A stretch of 64,000 nucleotides of DNA, taken from contig SUZB01000009.1 of assembly GCA_015060115.1 (NCBI GenBank), positions 13,260 through 77,259 of the forward strand, in the 5' to 3' direction. Of this stretch, positions 1 to 8,216 are shown piece after piece. The position numbers were made by a program, and so were the translations under genes. Position 1 is the first letter of the stretch; the number at the start of each line of letters is the position of its first letter. Below the pieces are notes generated by a model, which was not told the DNA's origin, ran no database searches, and was given only the letters and a program-made list of their open reading frames with translations. Source of the DNA: Rikenellaceae bacterium (GTDB lineage: Bacteria; Bacteroidota; Bacteroidia; Bacteroidales; Rikenellaceae).

Positions 1-2
1 CA

Positions 3-1226
3 TCGTACACTATTGCCGTATATGGCGAGGATGAGAGTGGCAACTACAATGTATCGACCAAGGAGTTTATTGTTCCCGTAGCCGAGATTAACGGCTCTGT
101 GGAGCTAAGCATCAATATGGGCACAATCACCGAGACCTCGGCAGAGGCAACACTCACAGCTTCGGAGCAGTGCAAGGTTATCTTCGGCTATGTAGACCCA
201 GTTATAACAGCTGCAGATACAGAGAACCCCTTTGACTTCGAGGGTAAGAGCGACGAGGAGATTAAGCAATATCTTGTGTCTATGCCCCAGTCGGTACCCA
301 CAATCTACAACGAGCCTATATCTCGTCAATTGAGCAACCGTCTGGAGATTGACCATAAGTATTACGCCTATGCCATTGCCATCAAAGATGGTAAGATTGG
401 CGATGTAGCCTTCACCTCATTTAATACCGTGCGTCCCACACTCACAGGCACAGCAAAGATTGTATCGGCCGTAATCGAGGAGCAGACAACACACGACACA
501 CTCTGCGTAAAGCTCACCGTAGAGGGCAACTCGGAGAGAGTACGCCTCTATGCAGCACCCTCTAACGACCACGAAGCATACGCCAATAATCTGGAGTATA
601 TTCTCGATGCAAACGGCTATCAGAACTACCGCGAGGAGTACACCGTTGTTGATGGCGTTGCAACAGCCAATATCAGCATCTATCACCCCGGCGACAGATA
701 CTATCTCTATGCCTCGGCAGTAGACAACGATGGCAATGCGGGCGCTATGGTGTGCGTAGCTCGCTTGGCAGGCTTCGACACCGACTACTACACCACTATC
801 GACGAAATCATCGAGGAGGGCTCGCTTAGCTACAATGGCACAGGCTCGGCGACAATGAGCGTAGAGGTTCTCAGCGACAACGAGGACCGCATCAGCGTTG
901 CGCTCAAGGCCACCAACTTCAGTAGCAATGTTGCAAAGGTGTGGTTCTTCCGCGTAAGTGGCCTAAAGAGCGATATCGAATCACTCATCAAGAGCAACCT
1001 TAAGGAGTACCCTGAGCGTATTTTGGGCTCATACAAGGAGGTTATTGAGGGTAACGAGTATCGCTACGAGGATTCGGGTAGCTCATTTAACCCCAAAATC
1101 GAGTCGTTGCTCAAGTACGACAGTTCGTGGGGTGGCGACATCATCGTGATGACCATTCTCGACACCGCAGGCAAGGTAAAGATTCATAGCTACTATGCAG
1201 CAGGCGCTGGCATCAGCGTTTTGTAA
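3..1226 (+). CDS. 3' part of a large exported/surface protein with Fn3-like beta-sandwich repeats; 5' end lies outside the window
   Basis: The frame of ORF 99..1226 stays open back to base 3 (SYTIAVYGEDESGNYNVSTKEFIVP...). Recurrent domain-end motifs such as YYLYASAVDNDGNAG and YYAYAIAIKDG. Confidence 0.6.
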   Translation, partial: SYTIAVYGEDESGNYNVSTKEFIVPVAEINGSVELSINMGTITETSAEATLTASEQCKVIFGYVDPVITAADTENPFDFEGKSDEEIKQYLVSMPQSVPTIYNEPISRQLSNRLEIDHKYYAYAIAIKDGKIGDVAFTSFNTVRPTLTGTAKIVSAVIEEQTTHDTLCVKLTVEGNSERVRLYAAPSNDHEAYANNLEYILDANGYQNYREEYTVVDGVATANISIYHPGDRYYLYASAVDNDGNAGAMVCVARLAGFDTDYYTTIDEIIEEGSLSYNGTGSATMSVEVLSDNEDRISVALKATNFSSNVAKVWFFRVSGLKSDIESLIKSNLKEYPERILGSYKEVIEGNEYRYEDSGSSFNPKIESLLKYDSSWGGDIIVMTILDTAGKVKIHSYYAAGAGISVL

Positions 1227-1247
1227 CTAAGTGGTAAAAACAAAGAG

Positions 1248-1283
1248 AGGGAGATGACTAAAAAGCAGATTAGTCATCTCCCT
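1248..1283. terminator. Bidirectional terminator-like hairpin, family G copy 1
   Basis: AGGGAGATGACTAA-N8-TTAGTCATCTCCCT between convergent genes; near-identical copies at 6633 and 62098. Confidence 0.75.
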
Positions 1284-1291
1284 TAGTTTTA

Positions 1292-1414
1292 AGAGGTTGA
1301 ATAAAAAGATGTAGTTTTAGGCTTGCGAAGCCCGAAAAACCGCAGTTTACTTAGGCGTAAATGAGGATCTTGAGGGCGAGCGTAACGACAAAATACACTT
1401 TTTATTCAGCCTCT
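1292..1414. repeat. ~123-bp long hairpin element (H)
   Basis: AGAGGTTGAATAAAAAG...CTTTTTATTCAGCCTCT outer stem with inner GTTTAC-TTAGGC-GTAAAT hairpin; ends 6 nt from the symporter stop codon. Confidence 0.6.
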
Positions 1415-1420
1415 AGCCTG

Positions 1421-3130
1421 CTACTCCAAGGCCTGCGAGATGTTGATGATAAAATCACCCATTCGCTCAATCTCCGATACGGTGTCGAGGTAGTATACCG
1501 AGTTGCGGTAGTCGCCCTCGCCACGGTCGATGCGGTAGATCTCCTCCTCACGCAAGGTGTTGCGTAGCTCGTTAATCTCAATCTCGCAGTCGGTAGCCAA
1601 GCGCAAGTCGATAGACTCGAAGTGCTCAGCCTTGAGGTTCTCGATCATCACCTTATATGCGCGGTCTACACGGTCGAGCATCTTCTCGATATTTGCAACC
1701 TGCTCCGCAGAGAACTTCTGCTGGTGCGAGTTACGGCGAGTGAGGATGCGGCTCACAGCCTCGCCCGAGTCGCCAAGGCTCTCCAACTCACCAATAATCT
1801 TATACATACGCTTAGCCTCGGTGCGTGTATCCTCCGAGATGCTATCCTCGGGCAGGGCATTGAGGAACTGCGCAATCTCATACTCTATGCGGTCAGAAAT
1901 CTCCTCGTACTTAACTAACTTAGCACACATCTGCTCGAACTCCTTGTCGCTCTTCGCATTAACAAGCTGGCGAATGTAGCCAAGGCCGTTGCGCGAAATC
2001 TCGGCAAAGTGGATAACCTCGTTGCGTGCCTGACCGATAGCGAGCTCGGCAGTCGAGAGAGGGCCGGCATCGATAAACTTAAGCTTCACTGTATCCTCCT
2101 TATCGCTCTTCTTATCCTTGATAACGCGCTCTACAATCTTCACGATAACGGGCACAAACCAGATAAGGATAGCGGTATTGAAGGTGTTGAAGAGTGTGTG
2201 GAGCATCGAGACACCGTAGAGTGTTGACATACTCTCATCGGCAGTCATTGCAATCTCCGACGAGTGAACAATATCCATTGGGTTGGGCAGACCAAGCCAA
2301 GTGATAACCGTACCTACAAGCATCAGGAAGGGGCGGAAGAGAGCAAGCGCCCAGCATACGCCAAAGAGATTGAAGAGCGTATGTGCCATTGCTGCACGGC
2401 GTGCATTGGCGTTACCTACGGCAGCTGCGATATTTGCAGTGATTGTTGTACCGATATTCTCGCCGAGCACCATCGCAGCACCCATCTCAAAGGGTATCCA
2501 GCCCATATTCACCATAATGAGCGTTAGCGCCATTGTTGCAGATGATGACTGCAACACAAGGGTCAATACCGTACCGAAGACAAGGAAGATAAGCACCGAG
2601 CCAAAGCCATAGCTTGTCCAGTTCTGGATAAATGCCAGCACCTCGGGGGTCTCCTTAAGGTCGGGCACCGACTCCTTCATCAGCGAGAGGCCGAGGAAGA
2701 GGAGCGAGAAGCCTACGATAAGCTCCGAAATGTGGCGACGCTTATCACTCTTCGAGAGGCTGAGGATAAAGCCCACGGCCATAAGGGGCACAGCAAAAAG
2801 CGAAATATCGGCCTTGAAACCGAGCAACGACACAAGCCATGCCGTAACGGTTGTACCGATATTAGCACCCATAATCACGCCTACTGCCTGCGAGAGGGTG
2901 AGTAGACCCGCATTTACAAAACCTACCGTCATCACGGTAGTTGCCGAAGACGACTGAATTACCGTAGTGATGCCAAGACCTGTAAGCACGCCCTTAAAGG
3001 GGTTTGAGGTCATTGCAGTAAGCATACCTCGCATCTTACTACCTGCAGCCTTCTGGAGGCCTGCGCTCATAAGGTTCATTCCGTAGAGGAACATACCGAG
3101 AGCGCCAAGAAGTGTCAAAATTTGTAACAT
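1421..3130 (-). CDS. Na+/phosphate cotransporter family protein (NptA/YjbB-like) with C-terminal PhoU-like domain
   Basis: Duplicated QSSSAT motifs, GANIGTT and GENIGTT, many TM segments, helical soluble C-terminus ending ERMGDFIINI. Confidence 0.92.
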   Translation of the reverse strand: MLQILTLLGALGMFLYGMNLMSAGLQKAAGSKMRGMLTAMTSNPFKGVLTGLGITTVIQSSSATTVMTVGFVNAGLLTLSQAVGVIMGANIGTTVTAWLVSLLGFKADISLFAVPLMAVGFILSLSKSDKRRHISELIVGFSLLFLGLSLMKESVPDLKETPEVLAFIQNWTSYGFGSVLIFLVFGTVLTLVLQSSSATMALTLIMVNMGWIPFEMGAAMVLGENIGTTITANIAAAVGNANARRAAMAHTLFNLFGVCWALALFRPFLMLVGTVITWLGLPNPMDIVHSSEIAMTADESMSTLYGVSMLHTLFNTFNTAILIWFVPVIVKIVERVIKDKKSDKEDTVKLKFIDAGPLSTAELAIGQARNEVIHFAEISRNGLGYIRQLVNAKSDKEFEQMCAKLVKYEEISDRIEYEIAQFLNALPEDSISEDTRTEAKRMYKIIGELESLGDSGEAVSRILTRRNSHQQKFSAEQVANIEKMLDRVDRAYKVMIENLKAEHFESIDLRLATDCEIEINELRNTLREEEIYRIDRGEGDYRNSVYYLDTVSEIERMGDFIINISQALE

Positions 3131-3160
3131 AGTTTATATAGTTTTGTAATTTTCACGACA

Positions 3161-3222
3161 CAAAAATATAGAGCAATAAAAAATCGTGCAATAGCAAAAA
3201 CGAAATGTAACGGATTTGTAAC
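3161..3222 (-). promoter_or_regulatory. Bacteroidetes -7 element with a putative Pho-box-like direct repeat upstream
   Basis: TATTTTTG on the minus strand at 3161-3168; TGTAAC-N5-TGTAAC (11-bp period) at 3206-3222. Confidence 0.45.
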
Positions 3223-3259
3223 ACGATTTTATCGGGAATGAAAAAAGGGAAAGGAGCTA

Positions 3260-3723
3260 TTAGTTATTAGTTGTTAGTTGTTAGAGTTTTTTAGGACCAG
3301 TAAGACCAATAGGACAAGTAGGACTATATGATACCCGACCTCGTAAGGTCCTAAGGTCTTAAGGTCCTATCGGTCTAAAAAAAACGAGAGCAAGCGTTTC
3401 GCCTGCGGGCTAAAGCCCAAGGGGCACAAGGATTCTGAGGGGTCAAAGGGGCGCATTAATAAAGAGAGTTTAGTGAAATTAGGGAATTTAGAGAAGTTAG
3501 GGAAGAGCACTACCAACATTTATCCCTAACCTCACTACACTCCTTAAACTCTCTAAACTCCCTTATAAACCTGCATCCAGTCAGCACACAGCCAATTTCT
3601 TGTCAGAAGGGGCTTAATTTGGATTATCGCAAAAGAATCCCCCAAGGGATAGTACACCTTAGTACAGCCCTTGGGGGATTACTTTTGGGATAGTTCGAAG
3701 GATGCCCCTTATCACAAGAAATT
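3260..3723. repeat. Composite intergenic mosaic: heptamer array, A, B, C and D modules
   Basis: Each module recurs in other spacers of this window (6680-7027, 11806-12227, 17845-18111, 38104-38322, 42196-42507, 53301-53749). Confidence 0.85.
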
Positions 3724-3725
3724 AA

Positions 3726-4424
3726 TTAGTCGCGGTTACCACCCAAAATACGCAACAACATTAGGAATAGGTTGATAAAATCGAGATACAAGGTGAGCGC
3801 ACCAAGAAGAGCGAGCTTATGACCACTCTCATCGGCAGTGCCATACTGCAAGAAGAGTTGCTTAAGCTTCTGGGTATCCCACGCTATAAGGCCGGTAAAG
3901 ATCACCACACCCGCATAAGTCGTTATCCAGTAGATGGTTGATGACTTAAGGAAGATATTGACAACGGTGGCGATAATAAGGCCTATAAGGAGCGTATAGA
4001 GCAGACTGCCCATACGCGAAAGGTCGAGGCGTGTGATATAGCCCACAAGGCTCATAGCGAGGAAAGTGCCCGCAGTAACAAAGAATGTGGTGGCTATGGT
4101 CTCGCCTGTATAGACGAGGAAGATGGAGGAGAATGTAACACCCGTAAGCACCGAATAGAGGATAAATAGGAGTGTTGCCGTGCCCATCGACATCTGCATA
4201 ACGCGCGCCGAGAGCCACAACACAAGGCCCAACTCCGCAAAAAGAAGAATCCATATTGATGCGGGGTTCATAAAGATATACTCAAGGATAGCGGGCGACG
4301 ATGCCACAAACCAAGCCGTAAGACCTGTTACGGCAAGGGCTGCCGCCATCTGAATATAGACGCTCTTAAACAAGCGACCTACAAGCGCATTCGAGGCGCT
4401 CTGTGCTGAAGAGAACTCAATCAT
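3726..4424 (-). CDS. Bax inhibitor-1/YccA family membrane protein
   Basis: Seven hydrophobic segments; C-terminal ALTLYLDFINLFLMLLRILG motif. Confidence 0.92.
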   Translation of the reverse strand: MIEFSSAQSASNALVGRLFKSVYIQMAAALAVTGLTAWFVASSPAILEYIFMNPASIWILLFAELGLVLWLSARVMQMSMGTATLLFILYSVLTGVTFSSIFLVYTGETIATTFFVTAGTFLAMSLVGYITRLDLSRMGSLLYTLLIGLIIATVVNIFLKSSTIYWITTYAGVVIFTGLIAWDTQKLKQLFLQYGTADESGHKLALLGALTLYLDFINLFLMLLRILGGNRD

Positions 4425-4440
4425 AATCCTAATATTTTAG

Positions 4441-4512
4441 TAGCCCCTCCGGGACTCGAACCCGGATTTAAGGTTTAGGAAACCTTCGTTCTATCCCTTG
4501 AACTAAAGAGCC
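4441..4512 (-). tRNA. tRNA-Arg(CCT)
   Basis: Reverse complement folds as a cloverleaf: anticodon arm AAGGT-TTCCTAA-ACCTT, T-arm CCGGG-TTCGAGT-CCCGG; CCA not encoded. Confidence 0.95.
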
Positions 4513-4767
4513 ATTCGAAGATACAAATATAGTACATTTTTTCTTTTTTTCAAAGAGTAATGGAAAAATTGGACTCTTTATAGGTATAAAGACCCATTAG
4601 TATACTATACCATATTACAATTAGAAAATTTTAGGCCAATAATTTCACCCTCGCAAATATAGTATATTTAGTTATTAGTCAAGCATATAGGTAAACATCG
4701 TGTCGATTAACGCAAAAATTAAGAGTAGAAAATCGGTTGAATATTTCCGTTGGTAGCAAAAATTTTG

Positions 4768-4863
4768 TACCTTTGCCCCCGAAACGATGGTGATACAACA
4801 CTATCCTCTAACTGCGAAATTTCGTTTCAGGTGATACAACCAAATTTCTATTTTGTATCTTTG
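4768..4863 (+). promoter_or_regulatory. Two tandem -7 elements upstream of the acyl-CoA ligase, flanking an 11-bp direct repeat
   Basis: TACCTTTG at 4768-4775 and TATCTTTG at 4856-4863; GGTGATACAAC at 4789 and 4830. Confidence 0.5.
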
Positions 4864-4928
4864 TAACGATAATGTGCCGAAAGAGTACCCACAAGGACGA
4901 CAAATATTAACTATACATATATTATATT

Positions 4929-6629
4929 ATGTTGGAGCAAAACCTTATTAAGATCTACGAGCAGAGCTTCCGCGACAACCGCGAGATGGCTGCTATTACC
5001 GACTATTTCAAGGGCGAGACATTCTCGTACTACGAAATGGCCAAGGAGATTGCCAAGTTACACCTTATGTTCAAGGAGGCTGGCGTAGAGAAGGGCGACA
5101 AGATTGCGCTTATCGGTCGTAACAACACCCGTTGGTGCATCAGCTACATCGCCACAATCACCTATGGCGCTATCATCGTGCCTATTCTCCAGGACTTCAA
5201 CCCCAACGATGTAATCAACATTATCAACCATTCGGAGAGTAAGCTCCTATTCTTGGGCGACAACTTCTGGGACGATATTGAGGGCGAGCAGATTCCCGCT
5301 ATCGAGGCGGTATTCTCGCTTACCGACTACCATGTAATCTATGAGAAGAGCGGCGACAAGCTCACCAACTATATGAAGAATATCGTGATGCACTACCGCG
5401 ATGCCTATCCTCGTGGTTTCAGCGCCAACGATATCAAGTATGCCGAGGTTGCCAACGACGAGGTTTGCTTGTTGAACTACACTTCGGGCACCACCGGCTC
5501 ATCTAAGGGTGTTATGCTTACCGTAAACAACCTTACAGGTAACATTCTTTTTGCCCGAGAGATGATTAACCCCGACACCAACGAGCACTTCTTCCGCAAG
5601 GGTGCACGCACACTCTCGTTCCTCCCCTTGGCACACGCCTACGGCTGTACCTTCGACTTCCTCTCGCCCTTGGCGTGCGGTGGCCACATCACCCTTTTGG
5701 GTCGTATCCCCTCGCCCAAGATTTTGGTCGAGGCGATGAAGGTTACCCGTCCCAATATCGTATGCTCGGTACCTCTTATCCTTGAGAAGGTATACCGCAA
5801 GAGTATTCTTCCCCTCTTGGAGAAGGGCCCTATGAGCATTGCGATGCGTATTCCGTTGATTAACACCGCTATCTACTCTACTATCCGCGCTAAGCTTATG
5901 GAGCAGTTTGGTGGTTGCGTCGAGATTTTCATCGTGGGTGGTGCAGCTCTCAACAAGGAGACCGAGGATTTCTTGCGCAAGATTAAGTTCCCCATCACCG
6001 TGGGCTACGGCATGACCGAGTGCGCTCCGCTTATCAGCTTCGAGCTTCCCCAGTACTTCAAGTCGGGCTCGTGTGGCCGTGTGCTTGATGGCTTGTTGGA
6101 GGGCAAGATTGACTCGCGCGACCCTCAGAACATTCCTGGCGAGTTGCTTGTTCGTGGTGAGCATGTAATGAAGGGCTACTACAAGAACGAGGAGGCTACA
6201 AAGGCTGTTTTGGAGGAGGATGGCTGGTTACACACTGGCGATATGTGTACTATGGATGCCGACAAGACCATCTATATCCGAGGCCGTTGCAAGACTATGA
6301 TTCTCACCGGCTCGGGTCAGAATATCTACCCTGAGGAGATTGAGGAGCGCCTCAACAACCTCTATATGGTTGCCGAGTCGTTGGTTATCGAGAACAATGG
6401 TCGTCTCACAGCGCTTGTCGTGCCCGACTATGAGTTGGCAAATGCCGAGGGTGTTAACCTTGAGAATATCCAGGAGATTATGGACGAGAACCTCAAGCAG
6501 CTCAACACTATGGTTGCTTCGTATGAGAAGGTTGCCAATATCGTAATCCACCGCGAGGAGTTTGTTAAGACTCCCAAGCGCTCGATTAAGCGTTACTTGT
6601 ATAGCGCTGAGCGACTTAACCTCAACTAA
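4929..6629 (+). CDS. fadD: Long-chain fatty acyl-CoA ligase (AMP-binding family)
   Basis: YTSGTTGSSKG P-loop, GYGMTE, GWLHTGD and RGRCK adenylate-forming motifs. Confidence 0.88.
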   Translation: MLEQNLIKIYEQSFRDNREMAAITDYFKGETFSYYEMAKEIAKLHLMFKEAGVEKGDKIALIGRNNTRWCISYIATITYGAIIVPILQDFNPNDVINIINHSESKLLFLGDNFWDDIEGEQIPAIEAVFSLTDYHVIYEKSGDKLTNYMKNIVMHYRDAYPRGFSANDIKYAEVANDEVCLLNYTSGTTGSSKGVMLTVNNLTGNILFAREMINPDTNEHFFRKGARTLSFLPLAHAYGCTFDFLSPLACGGHITLLGRIPSPKILVEAMKVTRPNIVCSVPLILEKVYRKSILPLLEKGPMSIAMRIPLINTAIYSTIRAKLMEQFGGCVEIFIVGGAALNKETEDFLRKIKFPITVGYGMTECAPLISFELPQYFKSGSCGRVLDGLLEGKIDSRDPQNIPGELLVRGEHVMKGYYKNEEATKAVLEEDGWLHTGDMCTMDADKTIYIRGRCKTMILTGSGQNIYPEEIEERLNNLYMVAESLVIENNGRLTALVVPDYELANAEGVNLENIQEIMDENLKQLNTMVASYEKVANIVIHREEFVKTPKRSIKRYLYSAERLNLN

Positions 6630-6632
6630 GAG

Positions 6633-6678
6633 AATCAAAGGAGATGACTAAAAAGAAAATTAGTCATCTCCTTTGATT
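6633..6678. terminator. Bidirectional terminator-like hairpin, family G copy 2
   Basis: AATCAAAGGAGATGACTAA-N8-TTAGTCATCTCCTTTGATT directly after the fadD stop. Confidence 0.8.
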
Positions 6679-6679
6679 T

Positions 6680-7027
6680 TAGTTGTTAGTTATTAGTTTT
6701 TAGTTGTTAGAGTTTTTTTTTAAGAGCAGGCGTTTCGCCTGCGGGCTAACGCCCCAAGGGGCAAAAGAAGAGCGAATTTAGAGAGATTAAGGAATTTAGA
6801 GAAGTTAGGGAGTGCGCTACCGACATTTATCCTTAAGCTCACTACACTCCTTAAACTCACTAAATTCCCTAATAAAGCACCTACGGCTCTGCACGACCCA
6901 ATTTGTTGTCAAAAGGTAGTAGATACAACGCTCGGCAAAAAAATGCGGATGGGCTGTACTTTGGCGTACTGCTCATTCGCATTTATTTTTGTTAGCGGCA
7001 GTAGATGCTGCCTTTTCACAACAAATT
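6680..7027. repeat. Composite intergenic mosaic: heptamer array, B, C and D modules
   Basis: Modules match those at 3260-3723. Confidence 0.85.
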
Positions 7028-7397
7028 AAAAGGGCATATCGTCAATCACTCCTGCACCCCCTGCCGAATAACTCTGCTGGGGCTCCTCCATAAAGGGAGG
7101 CATATCCTGCACAGGAGGCTGTGCTGCAGGCTGGAGAGGCTGTACACGCCAAGCACGAACATCGGTATACCAACGACCCTGATAGTTGCGGCTCTCGATA
7201 TCGAATGATACGGTGTACATCTCACCTACGCGGAGTGTAGCAACCTCCTGACCCTTATTCATAAAGGTTACGGCTATCTCCTTGCCATACTGCTTGTTGG
7301 GTTGCTCAAAAACAACGGTCTGACGCTCCCAAGTACCGCGTGCCGACTGACCCGACACAGGAGGGAGAATCTCAATTACTTTACCTTCAAATTCCAT
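7026..7397 (-). CDS. DUF3127 family protein (putative OB-fold ssDNA-binding protein)
   Basis: MEFEGKVIEILP...FDIESRNYQGRWYTDVRAWRV pattern; low-complexity linker and acidic C-terminus DDMPF. Confidence 0.85.
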   Translation of the reverse strand: MEFEGKVIEILPPVSGQSARGTWERQTVVFEQPNKQYGKEIAVTFMNKGQEVATLRVGEMYTVSFDIESRNYQGRWYTDVRAWRVQPLQPAAQPPVQDMPPFMEEPQQSYSAGGAGVIDDMPF

Positions 7398-7424
7398 AGT
7401 CTATTTTTGTTAAATTAATTCGGA

Positions 7425-8195
7425 TTATGCTACCGAGCAGGGTATGCCCAATGCCTCGACACGCTCGGCAATCTTGCGCAGCTCATCCTTCTCGACCTTC
7501 TCCAAAGTCTGGCACGGGGTATCGCGGTCGAGCGAGTAGACCATCACCTGCTTAGGCTTAATCTCCTCGACAAGCTTCAACCACGCCTCAACCTCTTCGT
7601 CGGTGGTGTTATCTACGCGCTTCGAGAGGTATTCGCCACGAAGGAACATCGTCTGCACGATAAGTCTGCCCTCGAAGGCCTTAAGGAGCTCTACGGTGCG
7701 CTCTACGGTGTAGTTGCCCTGAGGCTTGTTGATAAGCTGAACGGTAGAGTCAAATGCCGAGTCGAGTTTGAGGATATTGTTATCAACACGCAAGAGAGCA
7801 CGGCGCACATCGTCACGGTGAATCTGCGTAGCGTTAGACAAAACCGAGACCTTGGCAGCGGGGCAATACCTATCGCGAAGGGCGATGGTGTCGCCGATAA
7901 TCTGCTCAAACTCAGGGTGAAGCGTAGGCTCACCATTTCCTGCAAAGGTGATTACATCGGGTGGCGTGCCATCTTTAACCATCTTCTGCAAGGTCTCAGC
8001 GAGCATCGTGCTGACATCCTCGCGGGCATTGAAACGGCGCTTGCCGGGGTGCTCGTCATTCCAGCCACACTCGCAGTAGATGCAGTCGAAACTACACAAC
8101 TTAGAGTCGATAGGCAGCAAATTGACACCGAGCGATAGGCCCAAGCGGCGTGAGCGGATAGGGCCAAAGATTATGTTGTCGTATAGTGAAGTCAT
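7425..8195 (-). CDS. Radical SAM protein (COG0731-like)
   Basis: FGPIRSRRLGLSLGVNL N-terminus, CSFDCIYC (CxxxCxxC), TFAGNGEPTLHP. Confidence 0.88.
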   Translation of the reverse strand: MTSLYDNIIFGPIRSRRLGLSLGVNLLPIDSKLCSFDCIYCECGWNDEHPGKRRFNAREDVSTMLAETLQKMVKDGTPPDVITFAGNGEPTLHPEFEQIIGDTIALRDRYCPAAKVSVLSNATQIHRDDVRRALLRVDNNILKLDSAFDSTVQLINKPQGNYTVERTVELLKAFEGRLIVQTMFLRGEYLSKRVDNTTDEEVEAWLKLVEEIKPKQVMVYSLDRDTPCQTLEKVEKDELRKIAERVEALGIPCSVA

Positions 8196-8216
8196 AAGGT
8201 TGAAATTTAGTCTTTG

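Noticed and set aside
3709-3717. TTATCACAA resembling a DnaA box, or a CRP/Rex half-site
   Set aside because: One base short of TTATCCACA, not clustered, and without the CRP or Rex palindrome spacing; better explained as part of element D.
4908-4935. ATATTATGTT resembling the XerD arm of dif
   Set aside because: It is the AT-rich start-codon context of fadD; there is no XerC arm or correct spacing.
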